From Candidatus Altarchaeum sp. (lineage in GTDB: Archaea; Altiarchaeota; Altiarchaeia; Altiarchaeales; Altiarchaeaceae), in the NCBI GenBank assembly GCA_018260615.1, contig JAGWDQ010000060.1, forward strand, positions 1,981 through 65,980: a DNA stretch of 64,000 bases, given 5' to 3'. Position 1 is the stretch's first letter. Each line of letters starts with the position of its first letter. A program made the position numbers and the translations under genes. Under the pieces are notes generated by a model. It saw nothing but the letters and a program-made list of their open reading frames with translations, was not told the origin of the DNA and ran no database searches. Positions 39,957 to 49,089 of the stretch are shown here, piece by piece.

Positions 39957-41135
39957 ATGATCACAGAAGCAGTTATTATTTCACTTGCAATCCTTTTTTT
40001 ATTTGTGGGATTCTTGTACCTTATATATAAAGACAAAATAGATAAGGACTCTTATTTGTATGAAAGTATTCATGTTTACTTACTTGATAAAATTGAGGAA
40101 TTATTTAAGAAAATTAGTATTAATATCAGTATTAAAGAACATTATACTTTTGGTGTGATTCTCTTATGGTTCTTAATATTGTGGGGCGGCGGATTTATTA
40201 TTTCACTAATTGAAGGATATGTAGAAGGTTATGTGATGGATCTCAGGTGGTACATGGGATTTATTAGTTTTGGCATTGCTTTTTTGTTTATCGGCGAAGC
40301 ATCAAAATATATTAAACGGTCAATAAATAAACTAAACGATATAATGGCTGAAGACATTGAACTGAAACTGAACATATCGGATATCATAAACAATAAAATG
40401 GGTTTTTGGGTAATTTGGATCTTGTTGTCCCTAATTCCAATTGGTAAGTTTCTTATAGGTGGTGATATTCGAACTGTTTGTTGCGGAGAGTACGGTTCCT
40501 CGTATTTATTATCTTTTTGGGCAATGTTGATGTGGATATGCTCTTGCTTTTTTACTGCAACATGGGTCTATTTCAACATAAGATTTATTCAAAAGTATGT
40601 TTGGAGATTGCCTAAACTGAAATATAAATATGTATACGCTCCCGCCAGAGTATCTCAGATGTTTTTGCCAACCTCTAACATATCATTCGGAATTCCACTT
40701 CTATGGGCGATTGGAATGTTTTATGTATTTATTATCTTTACTGAAAATACATTTAATCCTGGTTACATTGATGCTATTGAAAGTATTATTTTTATTATTG
40801 GTACTTTATTATCTCTCTTGGCTGTTTTCATTCCTTTTTTGAAGATCCATGAGACAATAGAAAAAATTAAAAACACATCTATAGAAGAATTTTCTAATCT
40901 TTATGAAAAAGAGATTGTTTCAACCATTAAAGAAAAAAAAGAAAATAGTACGAAAGCAATTGTGTACAGAAACCACATCATTGATATTCAATCAGTGCCT
41001 GATATTACAATCCGTTTTTCATCCTCTATAATCGTGATATCTTTGACTATTTTGATAAATATTGTCAATTCTCTAAATGTAATTAGAATTTTAATAAATA
41101 CGTTGTCAATTCTCGTAACTACTCCCCTATCCTAA
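39957..41135 (+). CDS. Polytopic membrane protein (hypothetical)
   Basis: Multiple hydrophobic helices and no recognisable motif. The last codons and the stop lie in the left end of repeat R3. Confidence 0.5.
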   Translation: MITEAVIISLAILFLFVGFLYLIYKDKIDKDSYLYESIHVYLLDKIEELFKKISINISIKEHYTFGVILLWFLILWGGGFIISLIEGYVEGYVMDLRWYMGFISFGIAFLFIGEASKYIKRSINKLNDIMAEDIELKLNISDIINNKMGFWVIWILLSLIPIGKFLIGGDIRTVCCGEYGSSYLLSFWAMLMWICSCFFTATWVYFNIRFIQKYVWRLPKLKYKYVYAPARVSQMFLPTSNISFGIPLLWAIGMFYVFIIFTENTFNPGYIDAIESIIFIIGTLLSLLAVFIPFLKIHETIEKIKNTSIEEFSNLYEKEIVSTIKEKKENSTKAIVYRNHIIDIQSVPDITIRFSSSIIVISLTILINIVNSLNVIRILINTLSILVTTPLS

Positions 41136-41218
41136 AAAATTACAGGTAAATTTTTGATTTTTTGTATTTTTTTTAAAATTTTTACAGGTAAATTTCCTAC
41201 CCAATGAGTAGTTACCAA
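41115..41218. repeat. MITE-like repeat family R3, copy a (TIR gtaactactc / gagtagttac)
   Basis: Matches 55418-55523, with a shared core cctaaaaaattacaggtaaatttttgattttttgtatttttttt...acaggtaaattt. Confidence 0.8.
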
Positions 41219-41222
41219 TTCT

Positions 41223-42431
41223 CTAAATCAAAAATTTCTTGACGAGCGGTAAAAAATGTGGCGCTTTTGTCAACATCGTTTTGGGAAGGAATCCATAATC
41301 CCCGTCTGCCAATTTCATTATCTCCTCTGGAGTAAGAATATCTGCAAGCATGTTGAGTTCATTATCGTTCAATTTCTCAAAGAACATCCTTACTTTAAGA
41401 GCCATATTTATCTTCTTTTTAAACATATCATCCCACTTCCTCTTATATTCGTGTAATCTTTCCTCAGATAAATCCCCTTCCTTTAATGCTCTCGTTCCGA
41501 CTTCTGCAGCAAGTATTCCTGATTTAAGTGCAATCGCAATACCTCCCCCATGTATAGGACTCACATGCTGCGCGGCATCACCGATGGCTATTAGACCACC
41601 ATATACAAATTTATTTACGCCGCCACTTAATGGTATTCCGCCAGCATTGACCTCAATTGGACTCGCATATTCAAAAATTGTCTTGTGTTCTTTTATAAAA
41701 GCATCAAGATATTCTTTTGTTCTTTTTCCATTAGAATTTATGTTGTTTGTGTTAATGCCAATACCAACATTTGCGATACCTTTACCTTTAGGAAAAATCC
41801 ATATATATCCCTTCGGGGCAATATCGTTTCCAAAATATAAATGAACGCAACTAAAATCCAAATTTTTGAGTCCAGCCATCTCGTATTGAAACCCGGATAC
41901 ATAATCTTCCAATTTGTTTGTCGTATTTAAACCAGCAGATTTTGCGATCTTTGAATCAACTCCGTCTGCCGCGATAACCAATTTTGATCGTATTATAATC
42001 TCTTCATCCATATATTCTGCGCGAATGCCAGAAACTATGCCCTCATCCTTTATGACTTCAATCGCCCTTGTTTTTACCATATATTTTGCACCAGCATTGA
42101 TAGCTTCAATTGCCAGATGTTTTTCAAATATTTTCCTTTCAAGTATATAGCTTGTTGCTTTGTTCCACTTTACATTGATACTTTTCTTGCCGTTTGGCGC
42201 GTACAATGTAGTTCCATAAATCTCACTATCCACCCATGCACGATTTGGTTTTATTTGTGCTTCTGTGAGAGATTCACACGCAACCATTTCACCACACCGT
42301 TTTGGTGCCCCAATTTCTTGTTTCTTTTCAACAACAAGAACACAGTTACCTGCAAAGGCAAAATCTCGTGCTGATATGCTTCCTGCCGGACCAGCACCAA
42401 CTATAACAACATCTACATGTTTTTCTTTCAT
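41223..42431 (-). CDS. Geranylgeranyl reductase, inverted paralog of 37383-38582
   Basis: Same motif set: VDVVIVGAGPAGS, KRCGE, AADGVDSKIAK, GYIWIFPKG, IGDAAQHVSPIHGGGI. Long identical peptide stretches are shared with the other copy. Confidence 0.9.
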   Translation of the reverse strand: MKEKHVDVVIVGAGPAGSISARDFAFAGNCVLVVEKKQEIGAPKRCGEMVACESLTEAQIKPNRAWVDSEIYGTTLYAPNGKKSINVKWNKATSYILERKIFEKHLAIEAINAGAKYMVKTRAIEVIKDEGIVSGIRAEYMDEEIIIRSKLVIAADGVDSKIAKSAGLNTTNKLEDYVSGFQYEMAGLKNLDFSCVHLYFGNDIAPKGYIWIFPKGKGIANVGIGINTNNINSNGKRTKEYLDAFIKEHKTIFEYASPIEVNAGGIPLSGGVNKFVYGGLIAIGDAAQHVSPIHGGGIAIALKSGILAAEVGTRALKEGDLSEERLHEYKRKWDDMFKKKINMALKVRMFFEKLNDNELNMLADILTPEEIMKLADGDYGFLPKTMLTKAPHFLPLVKKFLI

Positions 42432-43074
42432 TTTGTTATGAATTTAGTATCTACTTAGATAATTACATTTTTATTTTATTATGCTTGATTTTGTTTTAAC
42501 ATTGAAATTGCTTTGATAGTATTTACACTTATGTCTTTGTATTTCCCTTATAAATCCTCAAAGTAATGTTTCCATAATACTGCTCTGTATTGCGAATTTC
42601 CTTTGCAAGTTTGGCTTGATATTTGCCGAACATTAATTTATTCTTGTGTGCTTAAAATTAAATTGACCTGTTTATTAGCGATGTTGTCTTTGACATTGCC
42701 CCCCCATAAAAATACATGGCATTTATTTACTTGTGTGTAATTAATTATTTTATGGAAGTTTATTCATTCAATTTTCTGTTTCATTGCTTACGACTCTTTT
42801 TGATTTGCAATATCACATCACATCGTTCGGAGATTTTTCAATAAAATTGAAAAAAGTGCAAAAAACGCCATTTTTCATCATCTTTGCTGTAACTTCTCAC
42901 TACAATCTTTTTCTGCAAGATTAAATATGCTTTTTTTTGCATTTTTATTTTCAAATATAATTTTATAAAAGTTATAATTAACTATTGAAGTTATAAATTA
43001 ATTACGAATTAAAGCAAGAACCAAAAATTAAATTTATTTTAAAATATCAAAGATTTTAACATTATAATGTAAAA

Positions 43075-43494
43075 ATGGTCGTAATCACAAAATTTCTGGA
43101 ATTTCACACAAAAGGAGAGAATGACATTAAAAACATCACGGAAGATGTCCGAAATGCCCTGAATGAAACAAATTTAGAGAACGGAATAATTCTGGTCTTT
43201 GCTGTTGGTGCAACAGGTGCAATTACAACAATTGAATATGAAAACGGATTATTAAACGATTTCGGGGATGCTTTGGCGAGGATTGCTCCGAAAGATATTG
43301 ACTATGAACACGGCAAAAGATGGAATGACGACAATGGAAGAAGCCATGTTAAAGCAAGTTTATTAAAACCGGATTTAACTGTTCCGTTCAAAGATAAAAA
43401 TTTAATTCTCGGCACTTGGCAGCAGATTGTTTTTGTGGAATTGGATACGAAAGCAAGGGAAAGAAAAATTGTTGTGCAGATTATGGGAGAATAA
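43075..43494 (+). CDS. YjbQ/UPF0047 family protein (secondary thiamine-phosphate synthase-like)
   Basis: 139 aa with HVKASLL...TVPF...LGTWQQI.FVELD, typical of the family. Confidence 0.85.
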   Translation: MVVITKFLEFHTKGENDIKNITEDVRNALNETNLENGIILVFAVGATGAITTIEYENGLLNDFGDALARIAPKDIDYEHGKRWNDDNGRSHVKASLLKPDLTVPFKDKNLILGTWQQIVFVELDTKARERKIVVQIMGE

Positions 43495-43518
43495 ATTTTT
43501 ATAAATTTTAAATTTAAA

Positions 43519-44085
43519 ATGATTTTAATCATAGATAACAAAGAACAATATGTCCATCGTATAAAGACAACTTTAAGGGATATTGATGTCCGGGCAGAGA
43601 TTGTTGCTAATACAATTGACATAGATGAAATTTTAAAAAAATCACCGGACGGAATAATATTAAGCAGAGGTCCGAATTCCGCATGGGAGGAAAAAGAAAT
43701 CGGAAATTGCGGAAAAATTTTGAACATGGACTTTCCAATATTGGGAATATGTCTGGGACACCAGATAATTGCCTGTCATTTTGGCGGAAAGGTAAAGATA
43801 TCAGGAACTGCCGAATACAGAAATACGGAAATTTTTGTTGATAAAGATGATGAAATTTTTAGAAGTATGAACAAGCGATTTACTGCGTGGGCATCACACA
43901 GGGACGAGGTCTGTGAAATTCCGCAAAATTTTGAAATTCTGGCACATTCGGAAATATGTAAATGCGAAGCAATGAAGCATAAAACCAGGCCGATTTATGG
44001 TGTTCAGTTCCATCCGGAGGTTGTGCATACGGAAGAAGGATATAAAATTTTTGAAAATTTTGTGAATGTGTGCAAAAAAATATAA
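43519..44085 (+). CDS. guaA: GMP synthase subunit A (glutamine amidotransferase)
   Basis: Class I GATase triad context: ILGICLGHQ and QFHPEV. At 188 aa it has the size of the archaeal split subunit. Confidence 0.88.
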   Translation: MILIIDNKEQYVHRIKTTLRDIDVRAEIVANTIDIDEILKKSPDGIILSRGPNSAWEEKEIGNCGKILNMDFPILGICLGHQIIACHFGGKVKISGTAEYRNTEIFVDKDDEIFRSMNKRFTAWASHRDEVCEIPQNFEILAHSEICKCEAMKHKTRPIYGVQFHPEVVHTEEGYKIFENFVNVCKKI

Positions 44086-44092
44086 AAAAATG

Positions 44093-44191
44093 CTCACACA
44101 AAGCCACAAAGTCACAGAGTGTATTTCCCCTTTGTGTCTCGGTGTCTCCGTGTGAGGATAATAAAACGAACTTTCCTGTACTATAAAAAAT
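44093..44191 (+). repeat. Structured interspersed repeat family R1, copy a
   Basis: ctcacacaaagccacaaagtcacagag...ctttgtgtctcggtgtctccgtgtgagg followed by ataataaaacgaactttcctgtactataaaaaat. It starts 8 nt after the guaA stop. Confidence 0.85.
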
Positions 44192-44356
44192 TTGACAACA
44201 AAAAAGGTATGGCTTAGTCCTGCGTAGTAGAATATCGTTTTGGCTGATTGTAATATAACATCTGCACAAAACCAAACCCTACCGATAAAAATAAGGAATG
44301 CAAATAAATATCTTTAAAATTCGGAAAAATTTAAATTTCCAATAGCTTACTCCAAC

Positions 44357-46222
44357 CTATTCCACTGTAACGCTTTTTGCCAAATTTCTCGGCTTGTCAA
44401 CATTTCTTCCTAATTTTAACGCACAAAAATACGCAAATAACTGTAGCGGAACGACTGTTAAGAAAGGATAAAAGAGCGGGTGCGTTTTAGGAACGGATAT
44501 TACCTTGTTTTTATCATCTCCTTTCAAAATTTTTTTAACTTCTTCGTCTCCTTCAGTTATAATTGCTATAAATCTTCCGTGCCTTGCTTTTATCTCCTCC
44601 ACATTACTCATTATTTTATTATAAACATTATCTTTGACCAGTATCGCCATCGTCGGAAAATTTTCATCTATCATCGCTATCGGCCCGTGCTTCATCTCTC
44701 CTGCGGGATAACCCTCTGCATGTATGTATGAAATTTCCTTTAACTTTAATGCCCCTTCCAGGGCAATCGGAAAATTATAGCCCCTTCCGAGATATAAAAA
44801 GTCCCCGTAATTATAAAACTCATCCGCAATATCTTTTATGACATCTGCATCATCTAAAATTTTTGAGACCTTCCCGGGAATTCTCGCGAATTCTTCAACG
44901 AGTTCTCTTAATGCAAAGCCGGAAATCGTATTTCTTATCCTTCCGAAATACATGGAAAGCAAATACAAAGCAGTGATTTGTGCGGTAAATGCCTTTGTTG
45001 ATGCAACGCCAATTTCAGGGCCTGCATAAACATAGACACCTTTTTCTGCTTCTCTTGCTATTGTACTACCGACAACATTGACAATTCCAAGGGTATTTGC
45101 ACCTCTTTCCTTTGCTTCTCTTAACGATGCAATCGTATCTGCTGTTTCTCCCGACTGACTTATCGCTATAACTAATGTGCCTTTGTCTATCACGGGAAAT
45201 TTATATTTAAACTCAGATGCATACTCTACTTCCGTGGGAATTCTGGCGATTTCTTCCATTAAATACTTGCCCAACATTCCGGCATGTAAAGAAGTTCCGC
45301 AGGCAATAAACACGATTCTGTTTATATTTCTTATTTCTTCCTTCTTCATTCTCACTCCTCCAAGTTTCGCAATTCCTTCTTCAAGTCGCAATCTTCCCCG
45401 CATTGTTTCATTTATCACTCTTGGCTGTTCAAAAATTTCTTTTAGCATGTAATGTGCATATTCACCCTTTTCCGCCGACTGTAAATCATGTAAAATTTTT
45501 TCTATTTTCTTTTGTACCGGAAGTGCGTCTTTATTTATAATCTTATAGTCATTTTTTGTTAATATTGCTATTTCTCCGTCATTCAAAGGAATTGTTGAAT
45601 TTGTATATGGAAGTAAAGCATTTGTATCCGAAGAAATAAAATATTCATCTTCGTCCTTTCCGATTCCTATGATAATGGGACTTCCCAATCGTGCCGCCAC
45701 AATCTTTTCCTCTTTACTGCTTATTACCGCAATTCCGTAACTTCCTCTTAATAATGCAATCGCCTGCCTGATTGCTTCTTCTAAATTTAAGACATCGTCT
45801 TTATTATAAAATTCTTCTATCAAATGTGATAACACTTCGCTGTCTGTTGCAGAGATAAATTTATGCCCTTTTTCTTCAAGTATCTCCTTTAAAGAAACAT
45901 AATTCTCTATAATGCCGTTATGTACAACTGCTATCTCCTGCTTACAGTCAAGATGCGGATGAGCATTTATCTTTGACGATTCTCCGTGTGTTGCCCATCT
46001 TGTATGTCCGATACATAAATCAGAATGCTCGGGAGTATATTGTTTTTTTACATCCTCAACCATTCCTTTGTCCTTGACAACGAAAATTTTATCCTGTTTT
46101 CCTTCCTTTACATAAGCAATACCTGCCGAATCATAGCCCCTGTATTCCAGACGGGAAAGCATATTAAATACGATTTCCGCTGCATTATTTTCCTTTCCTA
46201 TATAAGCACTTATTCCGCACAT
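44357..46222 (-). CDS. glmS: Glutamine--fructose-6-phosphate aminotransferase
   Basis: Begins with MCGI (N-terminal nucleophile Cys), contains two SIS domains, and ends with the KSVTVE terminus. Confidence 0.95.
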   Translation of the reverse strand: MCGISAYIGKENNAAEIVFNMLSRLEYRGYDSAGIAYVKEGKQDKIFVVKDKGMVEDVKKQYTPEHSDLCIGHTRWATHGESSKINAHPHLDCKQEIAVVHNGIIENYVSLKEILEEKGHKFISATDSEVLSHLIEEFYNKDDVLNLEEAIRQAIALLRGSYGIAVISSKEEKIVAARLGSPIIIGIGKDEDEYFISSDTNALLPYTNSTIPLNDGEIAILTKNDYKIINKDALPVQKKIEKILHDLQSAEKGEYAHYMLKEIFEQPRVINETMRGRLRLEEGIAKLGGVRMKKEEIRNINRIVFIACGTSLHAGMLGKYLMEEIARIPTEVEYASEFKYKFPVIDKGTLVIAISQSGETADTIASLREAKERGANTLGIVNVVGSTIAREAEKGVYVYAGPEIGVASTKAFTAQITALYLLSMYFGRIRNTISGFALRELVEEFARIPGKVSKILDDADVIKDIADEFYNYGDFLYLGRGYNFPIALEGALKLKEISYIHAEGYPAGEMKHGPIAMIDENFPTMAILVKDNVYNKIMSNVEEIKARHGRFIAIITEGDEEVKKILKGDDKNKVISVPKTHPLFYPFLTVVPLQLFAYFCALKLGRNVDKPRNLAKSVTVE

Positions 46223-46289
46223 TTTTTACGCTGATTTTAAATTTTTTGTTGGTATCACAAAATTAAAAATGAGATTTAAATAATTAAAA

Positions 46290-46694
46290 CTACCATTTCT
46301 CAATATTCAATCCCTCAATCCTGCTGTAGTGTTTCACATTTCGGGTTATTATAGTTGCATTATTTACTATACAGATTGCTCCGATTAGAACATCTCTTAA
46401 TCCGATATTCAGACCTGATATTTCTAATTTGGAATAAATTTCTCCTGCCGCTTTAGAGGACTTCTTGTCAAAATTGATAATGGAATAAGAAGAAAGCAAA
46501 CTGTCAACTTCCTTAATATTTTCTGATGCCCGTTCCGATTTAAATGCCCCATAATATAGTTCAAATGCTGTGATGGATGTTGTGGTAATATCCTCGCTGC
46601 TTAAATAATCAAGTAAATCCTGTGTGTCTTTCTTTCCCCTCAAAATAGCAACTAAAATATCAGTGTCTAAAATTTTCATCTTGTTGTTAATCAA
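46290..46694 (-). CDS. vapC: PIN-domain toxin VapC
   Basis: ILDTDILVAIL, FELYYGA, DVLIGAICIVNNATIITRNVKHY. Confidence 0.85.
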   Translation of the reverse strand: MINNKMKILDTDILVAILRGKKDTQDLLDYLSSEDITTTSITAFELYYGAFKSERASENIKEVDSLLSSYSIINFDKKSSKAAGEIYSKLEISGLNIGLRDVLIGAICIVNNATIITRNVKHYSRIEGLNIEKW

Positions 46695-46926
46695 TTTTCC
46701 AATTATCCCACAAGATATTTATGTTTTTGAAGATGCGTTCTTCTTCTTTATCGCTCATTTTCCATTTTCCATAGAAATTGCTTAATTTTGGTTTCGGTTT
46801 TTCTCTTTTTATGATTCTTAAAAACAAATCTGAGAATGATTCATTTCTTTTCTTTAATGCGAAAAGGTTTAAGTAAACTTCCTCTGATATACTTATTGTT
46901 TTGTATGCCATTTTTAATTTTTTCAA
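46687..46926 (-). CDS. Antitoxin-like small protein (TISISEEVY...ESFSD type)
   Basis: Overlaps vapC by 8 nt. The motif KTISISEEVYLNL...ESFSDLFLRI is typical of archaeal VapC partners. Confidence 0.6.
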   Translation of the reverse strand: MKKLKMAYKTISISEEVYLNLFALKKRNESFSDLFLRIIKREKPKPKLSNFYGKWKMSDKEEERIFKNINILWDNWKID

Positions 46927-47159
46927 TCATCTTTGAGCACATCTTCCTGTGTTATTCCCTTCTCTTTTGCAAATTTTATTCCAAAGTCAACGAGTTTCTC
47001 AAAGTCATCGGATAATTGTGGTTTGTATATTCTCTTCAATGTCAAAGAGTCCTCACTCTCAAGAATAATAAACTTCGTGTTTGGGTTTAAATACATTCTC
47101 TGCCTTATTTTTTTTGGAATTTCAATGCTGCCTTTTTTATTTAGAGTTACGGTTTGCAT
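46923..47159 (-). CDS. AbrB/MazE/SpoVT-family antitoxin-like protein
   Basis: The N-terminal TLNKKGSIEIPKKIRQRM is a swapped-hairpin AbrB motif. It overlaps the next gene by 4 nt. Confidence 0.7.
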   Translation of the reverse strand: MQTVTLNKKGSIEIPKKIRQRMYLNPNTKFIILESEDSLTLKRIYKPQLSDDFEKLVDFGIKFAKEKGITQEDVLKDD

Positions 47160-47200
47160 CTTTATTTTTTCATTATTTTTTTAAATTATTGTGTCAGTTT

Positions 47201-47890
47201 TTATTTTAAAATTTTTGTCTCAACATCCCCTTTTGTTAATGCACTCAGTTTTCCAAGCACTTCGGTCTGTATCCCTGCAGGAACTTCCACCATAATCAAT
47301 ACACTGTCAGAAGTATATTCTTCTTTTAAAATTTTTATATCTTTTAAAGTATAATGTATTCCTCCCGCATATTGAAACGGAATTTTTGCCGCAATCTTTA
47401 CCTTTTCAAACCTTATCGGAACAAATTCCCTTATTTTCTTCAGCACACCTTCAATCTGCTGTTCTGCCGTCTTCTCAAATTTTATTTCAGCTCTTGCCTG
47501 TTCAATTGCAGCTTCAATCCTCGCCGGCGGATTCGGAGCATTTGTCTGCGGATTCATAGAATTTCGGACAATGTATTCAATGATTTGTCTTTTTCGTTCT
47601 TCAAGCATATTTCTCTTTTGTGCCGTTGTCAGCTCAATTTCACCTTTCTTTATAATTTCTCCGGCAATAAAACCTACATCTTCTGTCTTAAAGACCTTTT
47701 GTAAATTTGATGTTGCTGCTTTCTCGGCTTTTTTTGCATCTTTAAAAATAAATTCGCTTGCTATTACTTCTGTTGCATCTGTTATTTCATCCTGTTTATA
47801 TTTAAATGCCAAATCCGGATCTACTAAAATTTCAAAATTTTCTCCCTGTATTTTTAACCGGGCTGTAACCGCTTTATCCAAACTTATCAT
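47201..47890 (-). CDS. Ribosome maturation protein SBDS/Sdo1
   Basis: 229 aa. The N-terminal AVTARLKIQGENFEILVDPDLAFKYK FYSH domain is typical of archaeal SBDS. Confidence 0.9.
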   Translation of the reverse strand: MISLDKAVTARLKIQGENFEILVDPDLAFKYKQDEITDATEVIASEFIFKDAKKAEKAATSNLQKVFKTEDVGFIAGEIIKKGEIELTTAQKRNMLEERKRQIIEYIVRNSMNPQTNAPNPPARIEAAIEQARAEIKFEKTAEQQIEGVLKKIREFVPIRFEKVKIAAKIPFQYAGGIHYTLKDIKILKEEYTSDSVLIMVEVPAGIQTEVLGKLSALTKGDVETKILK

Positions 47891-47961
47891 TTTAGACCTT
47901 TTAGGAAAATTATTTTAAAATTTAAAATTTTTGTAATTGTTTAGATAATTAAAATGTAATT

Positions 47962-48017
47962 CCTCACATGGAGACACAAAGAACTATGAGATATATGCTC
48001 TGCGACTTTGTGTGAGG
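47962..48017 (-). repeat. Repeat family R1, partial copy d (reverse orientation)
   Basis: The reverse complement reads cctcacacaaagtcgcagag...ctttgtgtctccatgtgagg. Confidence 0.6.
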
Positions 48018-48220
48018 TTTTTTTAAAGGACTAATAAAGACAAAAATTAGACATAAAATTATTTTCTCTGTGCCTCTGTGGTGCTAAACAAATACAAATT
48101 TTTGTTTAAAATTTTTCTTTTCGCCCGTGTTTTCTTTATAAGAAAAGGCGGATTTTAATATCGGAGTGGGTCAGGATAAATTTATTTTAAAAATGAAAAT
48201 TTATGAATTTTCTTATTTTC

Positions 48221-49006
48221 TTACTTCTTTCCTTCCCTCTCCTTATTTTTTTCCTCTTTATCTTTTCCTTCCTTCTCTTTTGCTTCTTTGAGCTCTTTCT
48301 TTACCTCTTCTAAAATTTTACTTATATCTTCTTTGTTTATCTTTTCAACCTTTCTTTCTATTATAGTTATATCTACATTTTCTGCTTTTGTCTTTCCGTC
48401 TGCAACAGAATTTAAAGCAAACAAAGCCAGCTTCATCGCCTCGTCTTTACTCATGCCGGATTCATGCTTTTTCTCAAAAATTTCTTCAACTTCTTTTTTT
48501 TTCATTCCTATTGCCGTGGCGTAACACTGGGTAAATGCACCGCTCGGGTCTGTCTCAAATAGATGCCATTCATTATTCACAACACCGGCAATTAACAAAG
48601 AGATTCCGAATGGTCTTGCACCGCCCCATTGCGTATATATCTGCTTTTCTTCACAAATCTGGGATGTTAATGAAAACGGCGTTATCGGTTCACTATAGAG
48701 CATACGGTGTCTTTGCGACATCAGTCGTGCATCGGAGACCAGTTTTCTCGCGTCTGCAACTAATCCCGAAACAGCAACTGTGATATGTTCATCAATCATA
48801 AAAATTTTTTCTATTGAACTCGGAACTATTAATTTAGACATTATATTTTTATCAACTGCCAACAAAACTCCTTCTTTAAAACAAATTCCAAGCGTTGTCG
48901 TTCCTCTTCTGACTGCCTCTCTTGCATACTCAACCTGAAATAACCTTCCATCCGGGCTAAAGATGGTAATTCCTCTGTCATAAGCCGACGGTCCCTGCGG
49001 GTACAT
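48221..49006 (-). CDS. psmA: Proteasome subunit alpha
   Basis: N-terminal YDRGITIFSPDGRLFQVEYA, with a K/E-rich C-terminal tail. Confidence 0.95.
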   Translation of the reverse strand: MYPQGPSAYDRGITIFSPDGRLFQVEYAREAVRRGTTTLGICFKEGVLLAVDKNIMSKLIVPSSIEKIFMIDEHITVAVSGLVADARKLVSDARLMSQRHRMLYSEPITPFSLTSQICEEKQIYTQWGGARPFGISLLIAGVVNNEWHLFETDPSGAFTQCYATAIGMKKKEVEEIFEKKHESGMSKDEAMKLALFALNSVADGKTKAENVDITIIERKVEKINKEDISKILEEVKKELKEAKEKEGKDKEEKNKEREGKK

Positions 49007-49023
49007 TTTTAAATTAAATTTTA

Positions 49024-49071
49024 TAATAAGTTTATATTACAATAAGTTTATATTACAATAAGTTTATAAAT
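49024..49071. repeat. Tandem repeat, 16-bp unit (ataagtttatattaca) x 3
   Basis: Lies directly upstream of the psmA start, between the aIF2-alpha stop and psmA. Each unit contains a TATA-like core. Confidence 0.75.
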
Positions 49072-49089
49072 TTGATTTGTTTAATAAAT

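Noticed and set aside
44093-44160. Micro-ORF inside repeat R1 (MLTQSHKVTECISPLCLGVSV*), conserved in copies a and c.
   Set aside because: Copy b lacks the ATG and the reading frame. Conservation is explained better by the repeat's nucleotide and structural conservation.
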